A DNA stretch of 27,497 nt, taken from the NCBI GenBank assembly GCA_027339965.1, contig DAHWNL010000054.1, positions 1 to 27,497 on the forward strand, in the 5' to 3' direction. Position numbers and translations under genes: made by a program. Positions 8,164-18,654 of this stretch are shown piece after piece. Positions within the stretch are counted from its first letter, which is position 1. Each line of letters starts with the position of its first letter. The stretch is from Granulicella sp. GTDB taxonomy: Bacteria; Acidobacteriota; Terriglobia; Terriglobales; Acidobacteriaceae. The notes beneath the pieces were generated by a model, which was given only the letters and a program-made list of their open reading frames with translations, did not search any database and was not told the origin of the DNA.

Positions 8164-9213
8164 GTGTACAAGAGCTTCGGAGGTGGATGCGCGCGGTTGC
8201 TGTGGGGGGTCGGAGTGGTGCTGATGATAGCCTCGGTTGGCTCCGTCGGGGTATTGGCGGCCAGCGGCTTTACCGGCGCTGGAAGCACTTGGGTCTATCC
8301 GCTTCTGGCCAAATGGTCGAGCGTCTATCAAGGCGCTACGGGAATCGAGGTGAACTACCAGTCGATCGGCTCCGGGGGCGGAATCGCCCAGATCAAGGCA
8401 GGCACCGTTGCCTTTGGCGCCAGCGACATGCCGCTGAAGCCGGAGGAATTGAAGGCAGGGGGATTGATTCAGTTCCCCACCGCCGTTGCCGGCGAGGACC
8501 TGATCTATAACCTGCCGGGTATTGGCCCCTTGCAACTCGTGCTCAGCGGCCCGTTGGTCGCCCAGATCTACTTGGGCAAGGTGACGCATTGGAATGATCC
8601 GGCGATCGCCAGGCTCAATCCGGGGCTCCATTTACCGGGCACATACATCACCGTGGTGCATCGTTCGGACGGCTCCGGGACGACGTTTACCTTTGCCAAC
8701 TACCTTTCCAAGGTAAGCCCCGAGTGGAATCAGAGGGTGGGCGCCAACACCTCCGTGGCCTGGCCGACCGGAATCGGCGGCAAAGGAAACGAAGGCGTAT
8801 CCTCCTACGTGGAGCGCATCCCCGGCTCAATCGGCTATGTCGAGTACGCTTACATTCTGCAAAATCATCTCTCCGAGGCGCGCATGCTCAACGCCGACGG
8901 TAAGCTGGTGGCTCCCAGTCTGCAGGGCTTCCAGGACGCTTCGGCGCATGTGAACTGGAAGAACGCGCAGGACTTCTACGTGATCCTCACCAATCAGCCG
9001 GGCCCTGACACATGGCCAATCTCCGGCTGTACCTGGGAGATCATGCGCAAGAGCGCCGCAAAAGATTCCAACCTGGCGGTGATGCGGTTCTTCGATTGGG
9101 GCTTTGAGCATGGACAGCAACTGGCTCAGGCGATCTCGTTTGGCCCGTTGCCTCAGAGCACAGTTACGGCCATTAAGGCCTACTGGAAGAAGAACCTTGG
9201 CTACGGCATTTAG
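8164..9213 (+). CDS. pstS: Phosphate ABC transporter substrate-binding protein PstS
   Basis: TGAGST, NYQSIGSGGG, FGASDMPL, VHRSDGSGTT, GKGNEGV, IGYVEYAY; signal peptide; GTG start at 8164 with SD AGGAGG at 8150-8155. Confidence 0.96.
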   Translation: MYKSFGGGCARLLWGVGVVLMIASVGSVGVLAASGFTGAGSTWVYPLLAKWSSVYQGATGIEVNYQSIGSGGGIAQIKAGTVAFGASDMPLKPEELKAGGLIQFPTAVAGEDLIYNLPGIGPLQLVLSGPLVAQIYLGKVTHWNDPAIARLNPGLHLPGTYITVVHRSDGSGTTFTFANYLSKVSPEWNQRVGANTSVAWPTGIGGKGNEGVSSYVERIPGSIGYVEYAYILQNHLSEARMLNADGKLVAPSLQGFQDASAHVNWKNAQDFYVILTNQPGPDTWPISGCTWEIMRKSAAKDSNLAVMRFFDWGFEHGQQLAQAISFGPLPQSTVTAIKAYWKKNLGYGI

Positions 9214-9218
9214 AGTGG

Positions 9219-9242
9219 TTTCAGGATCGATTTCAGGATCGA
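9219..9242. repeat. 12-bp tandem duplication (TTTCAGGATCGA)x2
   Basis: Exact copies at 9219-9230 and 9231-9242, 5 nt after the pstS stop. Confidence 0.9.
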
Positions 9243-9386
9243 TCTTCCCTCTTTGACGAGGTCTTCCGGGCGGCCGCTCGCGGTTGGTTGCATCCACTTG
9301 GAGGCTGATGGCATAAGAGGATGGCGATCCGGGGACTGGTTAAATCGCAGCCGCAGACGTCAAGGTTCTTGCGAGAATGAAAGCCT

Positions 9387-10391
9387 ATGAGGAGTTTGGA
9401 CACCGCGGTGAGGATCGATAAGGAATCCGCACCCCTAAAACCAAAGGCCGGGGAGAGGATCTGGCGCCTCACAGGCGATTCCGTGTTTCATACCGCGGCG
9501 CGGTTTGCGGCCTTTCTGGCCGTAGCCGTGCTCTTTGCCACGGTAATCGCGGTTGCGGTGGATAGCTGGCCTGCGATCAAAACCTTTGGCGTCTGGAGCT
9601 TCCTCAAGTCCAGCCAGTGGGATCCGGTCACGAATGCCTTTGGGGCTTTTCCCTTCATCATCGGTACGCTGGTCAGCTCCGCCATCGCCATGGTGCTGGC
9701 GGTTCCAATCAGCTTTGGAACGGCGCTATTCATCGCCGAGATCGCACCTTCCTGGATCAAACGGCCGATTGCCGGAGCAGTTGAGTTGCTGGCCGCCATT
9801 CCCAGCATCGTCTACGGCCTGTGGGGCCTGGTTGTCTTTGCCCCGGCGTTTGCCCAGATCGAACCGGGGATCAACAGCACCCTCGGGGCCATCCCCGGCG
9901 TTGGCCTGCTCTTTCAAGGCCCGCCGATGGGAATCGGCATGCTGAGCGCCGGGATCATCCTGGCCATCATGATCTTGCCGTATATCTCCTCGGTGATGCG
10001 GGATGTCTTCATGGCCGTTCCCTGGTCTTTGCGCGAGTCGGCTTATGCCATGGGCTGCACCACTTGGGAGGTGGCCTGGCACATCATGCTGCCCTACACG
10101 CGTTCGGCGGTCATCGGCGGAATCTTTCTGGGCCTGGGGCGGGCGCTGGGAGAGACCATGGCCGTCACCTTCGTCATCGGCAACAGCAACGTACTTTCCG
10201 CCAGCTTGCTGATGCCCGGTGCCACCATTCCATCCGTGCTGGCCAATGAGTTCACGGAAGCGACCAGCAAGCTTTACCTTTCTTCGCTAATCTATCTGGG
10301 CCTGATTCTGATCGGAGTCACGCTGGCGGTGCGTATTCTTGCCGTTTTGCTGCTGCGCCGCCTCGCCAGCCGGGAAGGAGCTTCCACATGA
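9387..10391 (+). CDS. pstC: Phosphate ABC transporter permease PstC
   Basis: WDPVTNAFG, GTLVSS, ELLAAIPSIVYGLWG, RESAYAMG, LGRALGETMAV; multiple TM segments; follows pstS. Confidence 0.95.
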   Translation: MRSLDTAVRIDKESAPLKPKAGERIWRLTGDSVFHTAARFAAFLAVAVLFATVIAVAVDSWPAIKTFGVWSFLKSSQWDPVTNAFGAFPFIIGTLVSSAIAMVLAVPISFGTALFIAEIAPSWIKRPIAGAVELLAAIPSIVYGLWGLVVFAPAFAQIEPGINSTLGAIPGVGLLFQGPPMGIGMLSAGIILAIMILPYISSVMRDVFMAVPWSLRESAYAMGCTTWEVAWHIMLPYTRSAVIGGIFLGLGRALGETMAVTFVIGNSNVLSASLLMPGATIPSVLANEFTEATSKLYLSSLIYLGLILIGVTLAVRILAVLLLRRLASREGAST

Positions 10392-11236
10392 ACTGGGTGA
10401 TCGTGCGGAGGCGGATGGTTGACGCCCTCAGCAAGCTCCTGATGGGCCTGGCCACCGTTATTGGGGTCTTCTTCCTGTTGTGGATCATGTGGACAACCCT
10501 GAGATTCGGCCTCGCCGGCATGCACTGGGATCTGTTCACCAAGGACACACCGCCGCCCGGCACCGATGGCTTTGGATTACGCAATGCCTTTGTCGGCAGC
10601 CTCATCCTGTTAGGCTTGTCGCTGCTGATCGGCGTTCCGATAGGCTTGATGGCGGGCACATGGCTGGCCGAGTATGGATTCCATAGCCGCACCGCGAACA
10701 CCGTCCGCTTCATCAACGACATTATGCTCAGCGCGCCGTCGATCGAAATCGGCTTGTTTGCCTATGCCGTGATGGTCGGTCCCATGGGGCACTTCTCTGC
10801 GCTGGCAGGAAGCTTGGCATTAGCCATCCTGATGATCCCGATCATCGTGCGCACCACCGACGAGATGCTCAGTCTGGTAGGCAACGACGTACGCGAGGCG
10901 GCCATCGCCCTGGGAGCGCCCAATTCGGTTGTAATTACAAAGGTGACGTGGCGAGCGGCCCGCGCCGGCATTATTACAGGCGTCCTGATCGGCCTGGCCC
11001 GGATCACCGGAGAGACGGCTCCGCTGCTCTTCACCGCTCTGAACAATCAGTACTTCGCCACCAACATCTTCAGTCCGATGGCCAATATTCCCATGGTCAT
11101 CTTTCAATTTGCACTCAGTCCCTACACGAACTGGCAGCAAATGGCGTGGGCGGCGTCCTTTATTACGGTCCTCTTCGTGCTTGTGCTCAGCATCCTTGCC
11201 CGCTGGTTGGCGGGCCGGGTTCACGTACAGAAATGA
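10388..11236 (+). CDS. pstA: Phosphate ABC transporter permease PstA
   Basis: [51 protein letters not shown] overlap with pstC. Confidence 0.95.
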   Translation: MNWVIVRRRMVDALSKLLMGLATVIGVFFLLWIMWTTLRFGLAGMHWDLFTKDTPPPGTDGFGLRNAFVGSLILLGLSLLIGVPIGLMAGTWLAEYGFHSRTANTVRFINDIMLSAPSIEIGLFAYAVMVGPMGHFSALAGSLALAILMIPIIVRTTDEMLSLVGNDVREAAIALGAPNSVVITKVTWRAARAGIITGVLIGLARITGETAPLLFTALNNQYFATNIFSPMANIPMVIFQFALSPYTNWQQMAWAASFITVLFVLVLSILARWLAGRVHVQK

Positions 11237-12078
11237 TGCCCGACCCAGCCAAAGGAATTGCCATGCTGAATGTTTCGCTTCCTCCCAAACCGTCCAACCC
11301 GGCTGCCGGCGACAACGACCAGCCGCGCCCCGCCAAGCTTGCGGTGCGAAACTTGAATTTTTATTATGGCAAGTTCCAGGCCATCAAGAACATCAATGTT
11401 GAGATCCGGCCGAACACGGTCACGGCCTTCATCGGTCCGTCAGGCTGCGGAAAGTCGACGCTGCTGCGCGTCTTCAACCGCATTTATGACATGTACCCGG
11501 GCCAGAGAGCGGAAGGCGAGGTGCTGCTGGATGGTGAAAATATTCTGGATCCCAGAAGTTTTCCCAAGCTTCGCGCCAAAGTCGGCATGGTCTTTCAAAA
11601 GCCCACGCCCTTCCCCATGTCGATCTACGAAAATATCGCGTTTGGGATCCGGCTCTACGAGAAGCTCAGCCGCTCGGAGATGGATGATCGGGTACGCCAA
11701 GCTCTTATTGGCGCCGGGCTGTGGCACGAGGTCGAGGGAAAGCTGAATCAATCGGCCTTGAGACTCTCCGGAGGCCAGCAGCAGCGGCTGTGCATCGCGC
11801 GCGCCCTGGCAATTCAACCGGAGATCTTGCTGCTGGACGAACCCTGCTCCGCGCTGGATCCTATCTCCACGGCGAAGATTGAAGAATTGATGTATCGCTC
11901 CAAAGAAGACTGTACCCTGATCATCGTGACCCACAATATGCAGCAGGCAGCCCGCGTCAGCGAGTTCACGGCCTTTATGCTGAGCGGTGAGCTGATCGAG
12001 GTCTCTGAAACTACCCAGATCTTCACCAATCCCTCCGACAAGCGCACGGAGGATTACATCACGGGCAGATTTGGATGA
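11233..12078 (+). CDS. pstB: Phosphate ABC transporter ATP-binding protein PstB
   Basis: Walker [67 protein letters not shown] overlap with pstA; alternative ATG at 11263 with AAGGA SD. Confidence 0.96.
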   Translation: MMPDPAKGIAMLNVSLPPKPSNPAAGDNDQPRPAKLAVRNLNFYYGKFQAIKNINVEIRPNTVTAFIGPSGCGKSTLLRVFNRIYDMYPGQRAEGEVLLDGENILDPRSFPKLRAKVGMVFQKPTPFPMSIYENIAFGIRLYEKLSRSEMDDRVRQALIGAGLWHEVEGKLNQSALRLSGGQQQRLCIARALAIQPEILLLDEPCSALDPISTAKIEELMYRSKEDCTLIIVTHNMQQAARVSEFTAFMLSGELIEVSETTQIFTNPSDKRTEDYITGRFG

Positions 12079-12223
12079 GCGCCGGCTCACGGGATCTTCA
12101 CATGACCCGTGGATCTTCACAGAACTTGGGATGCATCGCGCCTGCCTCCTGATCATCGGCAGCATCGGCGCGCCGACAGCCTCTGCGCGCTTTGATCCTG
12201 AGGACGCAAAACGCTCTCCCGCC

Positions 12224-12973
12224 TCAAAGGGTCAGGATCCGCGGACCATCCCTGGTGATGGCCACAGTGTGTTCGAAGTGGGCGCTGATGCTGCCGTCCA
12301 CTGCCACCGCCGTCCATCCATCTTCCAGCACCCTGACCTCCGCCGACCCCATATTGATCATCGGTTCAATGGCCAGCACCATTCCGGCCTTCAGCCTGGG
12401 ACCCTTCCCCGCCACTCCGTAGTTGGGCACCTGAGGGTCTTCGTGCATGCTCTTGCCGATGCCGTGGCCCACAAACTCACGCACCACGCCGTACCCCTCG
12501 GTCTCGCACATCGCTTGCACCGCATGCGAGATGTCGAAGAGCCGCCCGCCCACTAACGCCTTTTCAATCGCCGCATACAAGGATGCCTCCGTAACCCGGA
12601 GCAGCTTCTCCACCTGCGCAGAGATTTTGCCAACCGGATGCGTGACCGCAGCGTCTGAATAATAACCATCGACGATCACGCCGCAGTCCACTGAGACAAC
12701 GTCACCCTCCTTGAGCACTCGCCGCTCACTGGGAATTCCATGGATCACCTCTTCGTTGACGGAGGTGCAAAGCACCGCAGGGTAGCCGTGATATCCGAGG
12801 AAGGCCGGTTTGACGCCCAGCTCTTGCACTTTGGCCAAGGCGGCGCGCTCCAGATCCATGGTGGTGGCTCCCACTCGCACCGCGCTCTTCACCGCATCAT
12901 GCACCTTGCGAAGCGCGATGCCGGAGATGCGCATCTTCTCGATCTCTGCCTCGGATTTAATCAGGACGGCCAT
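12224..12973 (-). CDS. map: Type I methionine aminopeptidase
   Basis: CTSVNEEVIHGIP, DCGVIVDGYYSD, FVGHGIG..HEDP, AIEPMIN, SAHFEHTV; follows adk. Alternative GTG start at 12985. Confidence 0.96.
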   Translation of the reverse strand: MAVLIKSEAEIEKMRISGIALRKVHDAVKSAVRVGATTMDLERAALAKVQELGVKPAFLGYHGYPAVLCTSVNEEVIHGIPSERRVLKEGDVVSVDCGVIVDGYYSDAAVTHPVGKISAQVEKLLRVTEASLYAAIEKALVGGRLFDISHAVQAMCETEGYGVVREFVGHGIGKSMHEDPQVPNYGVAGKGPRLKAGMVLAIEPMINMGSAEVRVLEDGWTAVAVDGSISAHFEHTVAITRDGPRILTL

Positions 12974-13733
12974 GGTCTCGCTCACGGGAAGCTAGCTTCA
13001 ACCGGGTTGTGCCCGCCGGGGATGGCTGCGGCAGCGCCACGCCCTGACGCAAGCGCTGCAGCGCGGCGCGTATGGCGCCGGCCACCTGGTCCACAGGGGC
13101 GTCTCCGTCCACTTGCGCGAAACGGCTGCCGTGGGCCTTGTAGTACTCAATCACCGCCCATGTCTTCGCCTCAAACGTCTTCATCCGCTCACGGAAGACG
13201 GGCTCCGTGTCGTCACTGCGCTGAATCAGAGCCGCGCCATCCCGATCGCAGATGCCGGGCAGCAAAGGCGGATGGGAGAACCGGTTGTAGATCGTCCCGC
13301 ATACGGGGCAACTGAACCGTCCCGCGATGCGCTCCAGCAGGACCTGCTCGGGAACTACGATGCTTATCGCGACCACCGGTAACGGCGCGGCGGCAAGCTG
13401 CCCGTCCAACCACTCGGCCTGGGTAAGAGTGCGCGGAAATCCATCCAGAATGTAGCCGCTCCGGGTATCGGGCTGTTGCAGACGGCTTTCCACCATCTGG
13501 TTGACCAGATCATCCGGGACCAGTTGGCCGCTGCTCATCAACGCGTCGGCTATCACACCCAACGGGGTTTGATGCTTGCGATTTTCCCGCAGAAGATCTC
13601 CCGTGGAGATCTGGGGAATGCCAAACTCATCCATCAGCCGCCTGGCCTGGGTTCCCTTGCCCACTCCTGGAGCCCCAAGCAGCAGAATCGGACCGGGGTG
13701 AAGCTGTTTCGTATTGTCCGGGCGCTGCGTCAT
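12957..13733 (-). CDS. adk: Adenylate kinase with Zn-type LID
   Basis: LLGAPGVGKGTQA, ISTGDLLR, GQLVPDD, ILDGFPRT, LID CPVC..CDRD, QRSDD. Confidence 0.96.
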   Translation of the reverse strand: MTQRPDNTKQLHPGPILLLGAPGVGKGTQARRLMDEFGIPQISTGDLLRENRKHQTPLGVIADALMSSGQLVPDDLVNQMVESRLQQPDTRSGYILDGFPRTLTQAEWLDGQLAAAPLPVVAISIVVPEQVLLERIAGRFSCPVCGTIYNRFSHPPLLPGICDRDGAALIQRSDDTEPVFRERMKTFEAKTWAVIEYYKAHGSRFAQVDGDAPVDQVAGAIRAALQRLRQGVALPQPSPAGTTRLKLASRERDHGRPD

Positions 13734-13914
13734 GGGAACGACGGGTGATTCCTATCTCTTGTTCGCTTTGGTGGACAGAACCCTCCGGCTCGACCCTTCA
13801 TCAAGAGCCAGAAGGGCAAGAAGAGTCCGTGCTGCTCGGTAAGGTCTCCAGAAGCCGCGCCGGAGAGAGAGTCATCATGGATGCGCGCTCTCCAAACCGT
13901 CCGGAAAGAGGAAA

Positions 13915-15327
13915 CTACCAGGTTCTACGGCCGCGGATACGCCCTGATTTGGGAGAGAAGCCGTCATAGTGACGCATGATGAGCTGTGCCTCCACCTGCT
14001 GCACCGTGTCCATCGCAACCCCGACGACGATCAGCAGCGAGGTGCCACCAAAGTAAAAGTTGAGCCCCAGGCCATTGGTCACCCAGGTCGGCAGATGATC
14101 AAAAACACTGCCGATCAACCAGAGATGATTGAAGTGAATGCCCGAGATCAGAAACATGGGAATGATCGATATGGCGCATAGATAGATTGCGCCCACCAAA
14201 GTAATTCTTGTCAGCACATCGTTGATAAAGTCTGAGGTGCGCTTGCCCGGCCGGATACCCGGGATGAAGCTGCCGTACTTGCGCATGTTATCGGCGATAT
14301 CGTCCGCGCGGAAGATAATGGAGACGTAGAAGTAGGCAAAGAAAATGATGGAGACAATGTAGAGAAAGACATACCACGGCTCCGCCGGAGCCAGGGCGCG
14401 GAAGATGGGGCCCAGAAAGGTCGTATCGCGCAGCGGACCGGAGCCAAACAGGCTGGCGTTTTCGAGCAGCATCGGCGCCGAAAGAATGGAAGCCGCGAAG
14501 ATGACCGGCATCACGCCTCCGGAGTTTACCTTCAACGGCAGGAAGCTGCTGGAAGCCTGGGTCATACGGCGGCCCACCATGCGCTTGGCGGACTGGATAG
14601 GGATCCGGCGCTCGGATCGCTCCACGTAGACGATAAAGGCCACTACCGCAACCATCATCACGATGAGCAAGGCGATCGCGATGGGCGTGAAACCTCCCCA
14701 CGCCTGCGTCGTCGCCTTCTGGTAAAGATCAACGATACCCCGGGGAAGACCAACCACGATGCCAGTAAAGATCAGCAGGGACATGCCGTTGCCGATGCCG
14801 CGATCCGTAATCTGCTCGCCCAGCCACATAATGAACGCTGTGCCGGCCGTCAGGGTGATCACGCAAAGCGGCAAAAAAGCGCCCTTGCTGATGTTCACCA
14901 TCGTCTCGCCCGTGCTCGTGCTGGTCAAAGTCAGGCCGATGAAGAAGCTCTGCACCACGGCCAGCAGAACCGTCACGTAGCGAGTCCACTGGGTGATCTT
15001 CCGCCGCCCCAGCTCTCCTTCCTTCTGCAGCTTGGCCAGCGGCTCATAGATCACCGTCAGCAACTGAAAGATGATCGATGCCGTGATGTAGGGCATGATG
15101 CCCAGGGCAAAAACCGTCAACTTGCGCAGATTTCCGCCATTGAACAGGTCCAGCAGGCCGAGCGCTCCGCCAGCGTTCTGATTGAAGTACTGGGCCAGCT
15201 TGGCCGCGTCGATGCCGGGCGTGGGAATATGCGCGCCCAGCCGGTAAACCGCAAGCAGCGCCAACGTAAAGCCAATCCGCTTGCGCAGATCTGGAATGCG
15301 GAAGATGTTGAGGAATTTCTCGAGCAT
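13915..15327 (-). CDS. secY: Preprotein translocase subunit SecY
   Basis: FALGIMPYITASII, WLGEQITDRGIGNGMS, PLKVNSGGVMPVIFA, FIPGIRPG, GGTSLLIVVGV. Confidence 0.98.
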   Translation of the reverse strand: MLEKFLNIFRIPDLRKRIGFTLALLAVYRLGAHIPTPGIDAAKLAQYFNQNAGGALGLLDLFNGGNLRKLTVFALGIMPYITASIIFQLLTVIYEPLAKLQKEGELGRRKITQWTRYVTVLLAVVQSFFIGLTLTSTSTGETMVNISKGAFLPLCVITLTAGTAFIMWLGEQITDRGIGNGMSLLIFTGIVVGLPRGIVDLYQKATTQAWGGFTPIAIALLIVMMVAVVAFIVYVERSERRIPIQSAKRMVGRRMTQASSSFLPLKVNSGGVMPVIFAASILSAPMLLENASLFGSGPLRDTTFLGPIFRALAPAEPWYVFLYIVSIIFFAYFYVSIIFRADDIADNMRKYGSFIPGIRPGKRTSDFINDVLTRITLVGAIYLCAISIIPMFLISGIHFNHLWLIGSVFDHLPTWVTNGLGLNFYFGGTSLLIVVGVAMDTVQQVEAQLIMRHYDGFSPKSGRIRGRRTW

Positions 15328-15450
15328 CGATTTGCAGAGCCTCAGACCGAGGATTTCAGCCCGGAGTGCGAGCCGGGGAGTTTGAGTCGGGAACTTGCGT
15401 CAGATGCCCATCTAGCCTACGGGCGTTCCTTGCTGGAGTTCTCTGTCTAT

Positions 15451-15577
15451 TTTACGCGGAAGCAGCAAAACAAGGAGCAGAACGAGGATCGGTCACCGGC
15501 CCGGCCGGAGGACCAGCATCCCAGCCGGCCGGAGCAAGCCTGGAACAAGCCCCTGAAAACCCGCTTTACGCGGAAGC
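15451..15577. repeat. 13-bp direct repeat TTTACGCGGAAGC duplicating the rplO 3' end
   Basis: Copies at 15451-15463 (intergenic) and 15565-15577 (rplO stop and last codons), 114 bp apart. Confidence 0.8.
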
Positions 15578-16033
15578 GGAGCTCTCCGCGCCAACCAGCA
15601 CTGCCTTGCCACCGGCCGCCTCAATGGCCTTCTGCGCCGCCTTGGAGAACTTGTGGGCATGCACCGTCACCGCCGACTTCAACTCTCCGTTGGCCAGCAC
15701 CTTCACCAGGCCGTTGCGCTTCTTCAGAATGCCGCGCTCGGCCAGCTTCTCCAGCGTGAGCTCGGTCTCATTAAGTGCGGCAATCGTGTCCAGGCCAAGA
15801 ACCGCATACTCCACCCGGAAGATGTTCGTAAAGCCGCGCTTGGGGAGCCGGCGGTGCAGCGGCATCTGGCCGCCTTCAAATCCCCGCATCAGCCTGGAGC
15901 CGGACCGCGAGCCTTGGCCCTTGTGACCGCGCGTGGCGGTCTTTCCCATGCCGGAGCCCATGCCGCGGCCCACGCGCTTCTTGCCTTCATTCGCCTTCTT
16001 CGGCGCCTTGAGATTGCTGAGATTCAATGCCAT
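15566..16033 (-). CDS. rplO: 50S ribosomal protein L15
   Basis: KRVGRGMGSGMGKTATRGHKGQ, FEGGQMPLHRRLPKRGF. Confidence 0.97.
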   Translation of the reverse strand: MALNLSNLKAPKKANEGKKRVGRGMGSGMGKTATRGHKGQGSRSGSRLMRGFEGGQMPLHRRLPKRGFTNIFRVEYAVLGLDTIAALNETELTLEKLAERGILKKRNGLVKVLANGELKSAVTVHAHKFSKAAQKAIEAAGGKAVLVGAESSASA

Positions 16034-16110
16034 GATGCCCTCGCTCACGCCGGCTTGGCCTGCTTGCCCAGCCGACTCGCATGTTTGGCCTCCCGGCGGA
16101 GGCGAAATGA

Positions 16111-16296
16111 TTACTCGACTATACGGACCAGGTGAGAAACCTTGTTCACCATGCCGCGAATCGACGGCGTGTCTTCACGCTCGATGATCTGATTCAGACG
16201 GGTGAAACCCAGGCCTTTGACGACCAGCTTGTGCTTGACCGGCGTACAAATCTGCGAGCGAAAGTACTGAATCTTAATCTTGGCGTTCTCTGCCAT
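16111..16296 (-). CDS. rpmD: 50S ribosomal protein L30
   Basis: IKIQYFRS..GLGFTRLNQIIEREDTPSIRGMVNKVSHLV; SD GAGGAG; syntenic position. Confidence 0.95.
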   Translation of the reverse strand: MAENAKIKIQYFRSQICTPVKHKLVVKGLGFTRLNQIIEREDTPSIRGMVNKVSHLVRIVE

Positions 16297-16384
16297 AACG
16301 AAACTCCTCGGATAGACTTGCGAAACCTTCCGGCCCAGCCTTGCGGTCCGGCCTGGGCAGCCGTCCCGCAGAACGGCTTGCCGC

Positions 16385-16891
16385 CTACAACTCTTCGATC
16401 GCCTTGCCGCGCAGGGCGGCCACCTCTGCTCGATCGCGCAACTGCGCCAAAGCGTCAAACGTGGCCTTGATGACGTTGTGCGGGTTTGCTGATCCGATGC
16501 TTTTGGTCAGCACATTTTGCACTCCGGCTGCAGTCATCACCGCGCGCACGGTCTTGCCGGCGATCACCCCCGTGCCCTCCGGAGCCGGCTTGAGCAAAAC
16601 CTGGCCGGCGCCGTAACGTCCCAGTACCGCGTGCGGAACCGTGTACTGGGTCAGATTCACTTTGAGCAGATTCTTCTTGGCGGCCTCAATCCCCTTGCGA
16701 ATCGCCTGCGGGACCTCCTTGGCCTTGCCGGAACCATACCCAACCACGCCCTCGGCCGGATCGCCAACGATCACCAGCGCGGCAAACGACATGTTCTTTC
16801 CGCCCTTGACCACCTTGGTCACACGGTTGATGGAGACGACCTCGTCCTTGAGGTTCATCCTGCCTGCATCCAACTTCTTCCTAATTGCCAT
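16385..16891 (-). CDS. rpsE: 30S ribosomal protein S5
   Basis: [37 protein letters not shown]. Confidence 0.97.
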   Translation of the reverse strand: MAIRKKLDAGRMNLKDEVVSINRVTKVVKGGKNMSFAALVIVGDPAEGVVGYGSGKAKEVPQAIRKGIEAAKKNLLKVNLTQYTVPHAVLGRYGAGQVLLKPAPEGTGVIAGKTVRAVMTAAGVQNVLTKSIGSANPHNVIKATFDALAQLRDRAEVAALRGKAIEEL

Positions 16892-17038
16892 GTCTGCTTC
16901 CTCTTTGCTTCCTTTGTATCTCTCCGGCACACCGGTCCGGAGGGTGCAGTCCTTGCTGCCTTTTGTAGGGACGTCTGTCGCGTCCTTGCTTGTCTGCCGC
17001 GGTCGCTCCCGGCCGCGGCTGAAACTCTCTGCCGGCGA

Positions 17039-17404
17039 CTAAAACTCTAGACCGGCTTCGCGAGCCGCATCCGCCAGAGCCTTGATGCGGCCGTGATACA
17101 GATAACCACCCCGATCAAAGACCACCTTCTTAATGCCCTTCTCTGCCGCGCGCTCCGCGATTAACTTACCCACAGCCCGCGCCGCTTCCACGTTGCCTCC
17201 GCTCTTGCGCTCCACCCCCTTGGGAGTGACCGTGGACGCCGATGCCAGCGTCACGCCGCTGGCGTCGTCGATCAACTGTGTATAGATATGGTTGAGCGAA
17301 CGGTAGACGTTCAGGCGCGGGCGCTCGGCCGTGCCGGCCAGTTTGGCGCGGATGCGCTGGTGTACGCGCTGACGAATCTCATTGCGTTGACGCAGATTGA
17401 TCAT
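17039..17404 (-). CDS. rplR: 50S ribosomal protein L18
   Basis: [41 protein letters not shown]. Confidence 0.98.
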   Translation of the reverse strand: MINLRQRNEIRQRVHQRIRAKLAGTAERPRLNVYRSLNHIYTQLIDDASGVTLASASTVTPKGVERKSGGNVEAARAVGKLIAERAAEKGIKKVVFDRGGYLYHGRIKALADAAREAGLEF

Positions 17405-17528
17405 GTTGGTTCTTCCTTTCCTAAGGGCGTCGCCATCCTCTGACGACGTTCGGTGAAATATCAGCCATGCCGGCCTTCGCAGCGCCTGCTCTCATCTGGA
17501 GACGCCGAGCCTTCTGGCCGGGACCAGC

Positions 17529-18068
17529 CTACTTCGCTCCAGTCTTGCCAACTTTCTTCTTCAGCTTCTCGTCGGAGTAACGGACTCCCTTGTTCTTGTA
17601 TGGATCCGGCTTGCGCAAGGAGCGCATATCCGCCGCCACCTGTCCGACCTTCTGGCGATCAATTCCAGAGATGGTCAGATGCGTCTGCTTGGGGTCGATG
17701 GCCACCTCAATTCCGCTGGGCAGCGGGAACTCGATAGGGTGCGAGTAGCCCAAGGTAAAAACGACTGTATCCTTGCCCTTCATCTCCACACGATAGCCGA
17801 TGCCGATCACATCCAGCTCCTTCTTCCAGCCGCTGGTGACTCCCTCCACCGCGTTGAAGATCAGCGCTCGAGCCAGCCCATGCACCGCGGCATGGGCGTC
17901 ATCGGGACGCTCCACCTGCAGGACGCCGCCCTTCTCTGAAACTGTGATTCCCGCGGGGAGCAGAGCGCTCACCTTGCCCTTGGGGCCTTCCACAACCACA
18001 ACGTTGCTCTGCACGGCGTACTTGACGCCCTTGGGCAGAGTGATGGGCTTCTTGCCGATACGCGACAT
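17529..18068 (-). CDS. rplF: 50S ribosomal protein L6
   Basis: [28 protein letters not shown]. Confidence 0.98.
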   Translation of the reverse strand: MSRIGKKPITLPKGVKYAVQSNVVVVEGPKGKVSALLPAGITVSEKGGVLQVERPDDAHAAVHGLARALIFNAVEGVTSGWKKELDVIGIGYRVEMKGKDTVVFTLGYSHPIEFPLPSGIEVAIDPKQTHLTISGIDRQKVGQVAADMRSLRKPDPYKNKGVRYSDEKLKKKVGKTGAK

Positions 18069-18255
18069 AAATGCAATCCTTGTTGGCTTGCGAGTCCCTC
18101 ACCAAGGCGAGTTCCACTGCAGCCGGCGATTTTGGCTCGCCTGGGCCATGCCTGCTTCCGCTCCACCGACATGGAGCAGCGTTCAAAATCCTCAACTCCG
18201 CCCGGATCGGAGCAGGGCGGCTCCCCGGAGCAAGACCTCCAGCGAGAGTCAGACC

Positions 18256-18654
18256 CTACCAGACCTCACAGAGAATCTCGCCGCCAACGCCCTCGCGACG
18301 CGCCTGCCGGCCCGTCATCACGCCCTTGGGGGTGGTCATGATCGAGATGCCCAGACCTCCCTGAACGCGCTTGATCTCATCCTTGCCGATGTAAACTCGG
18401 CAACCGGGACGGGAGACGCGCCGCAGGTCGCGAATCACAGCCTCATTGTTCGGGCCATACTTCAAGTACACGCGCAGAATCTTCTGGCCATCCTCTTCGG
18501 CAGCCTTGTAGTTGGCAATGTAGCCCTCTTCTTTGAGAATTCTCGCGATCTCGGTCTTCAGCTTGGAGGCCGGAGCATCAAGCTTCTGGTGACGGGCACG
18601 GTGCGCGTTGCGAATGCGAGTAAGAAAGTCTGCTACCGGATCAGTAAGATTCAT
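18256..18654 (-). CDS. rpsH: 30S ribosomal protein S8
   Basis: TDPVADFLTRIRNA, RVSRPGCRVY, GGLGISIMTT, GGEILCEVW. Confidence 0.98.
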   Translation of the reverse strand: MNLTDPVADFLTRIRNAHRARHQKLDAPASKLKTEIARILKEEGYIANYKAAEEDGQKILRVYLKYGPNNEAVIRDLRRVSRPGCRVYIGKDEIKRVQGGLGISIMTTPKGVMTGRQARREGVGGEILCEVW

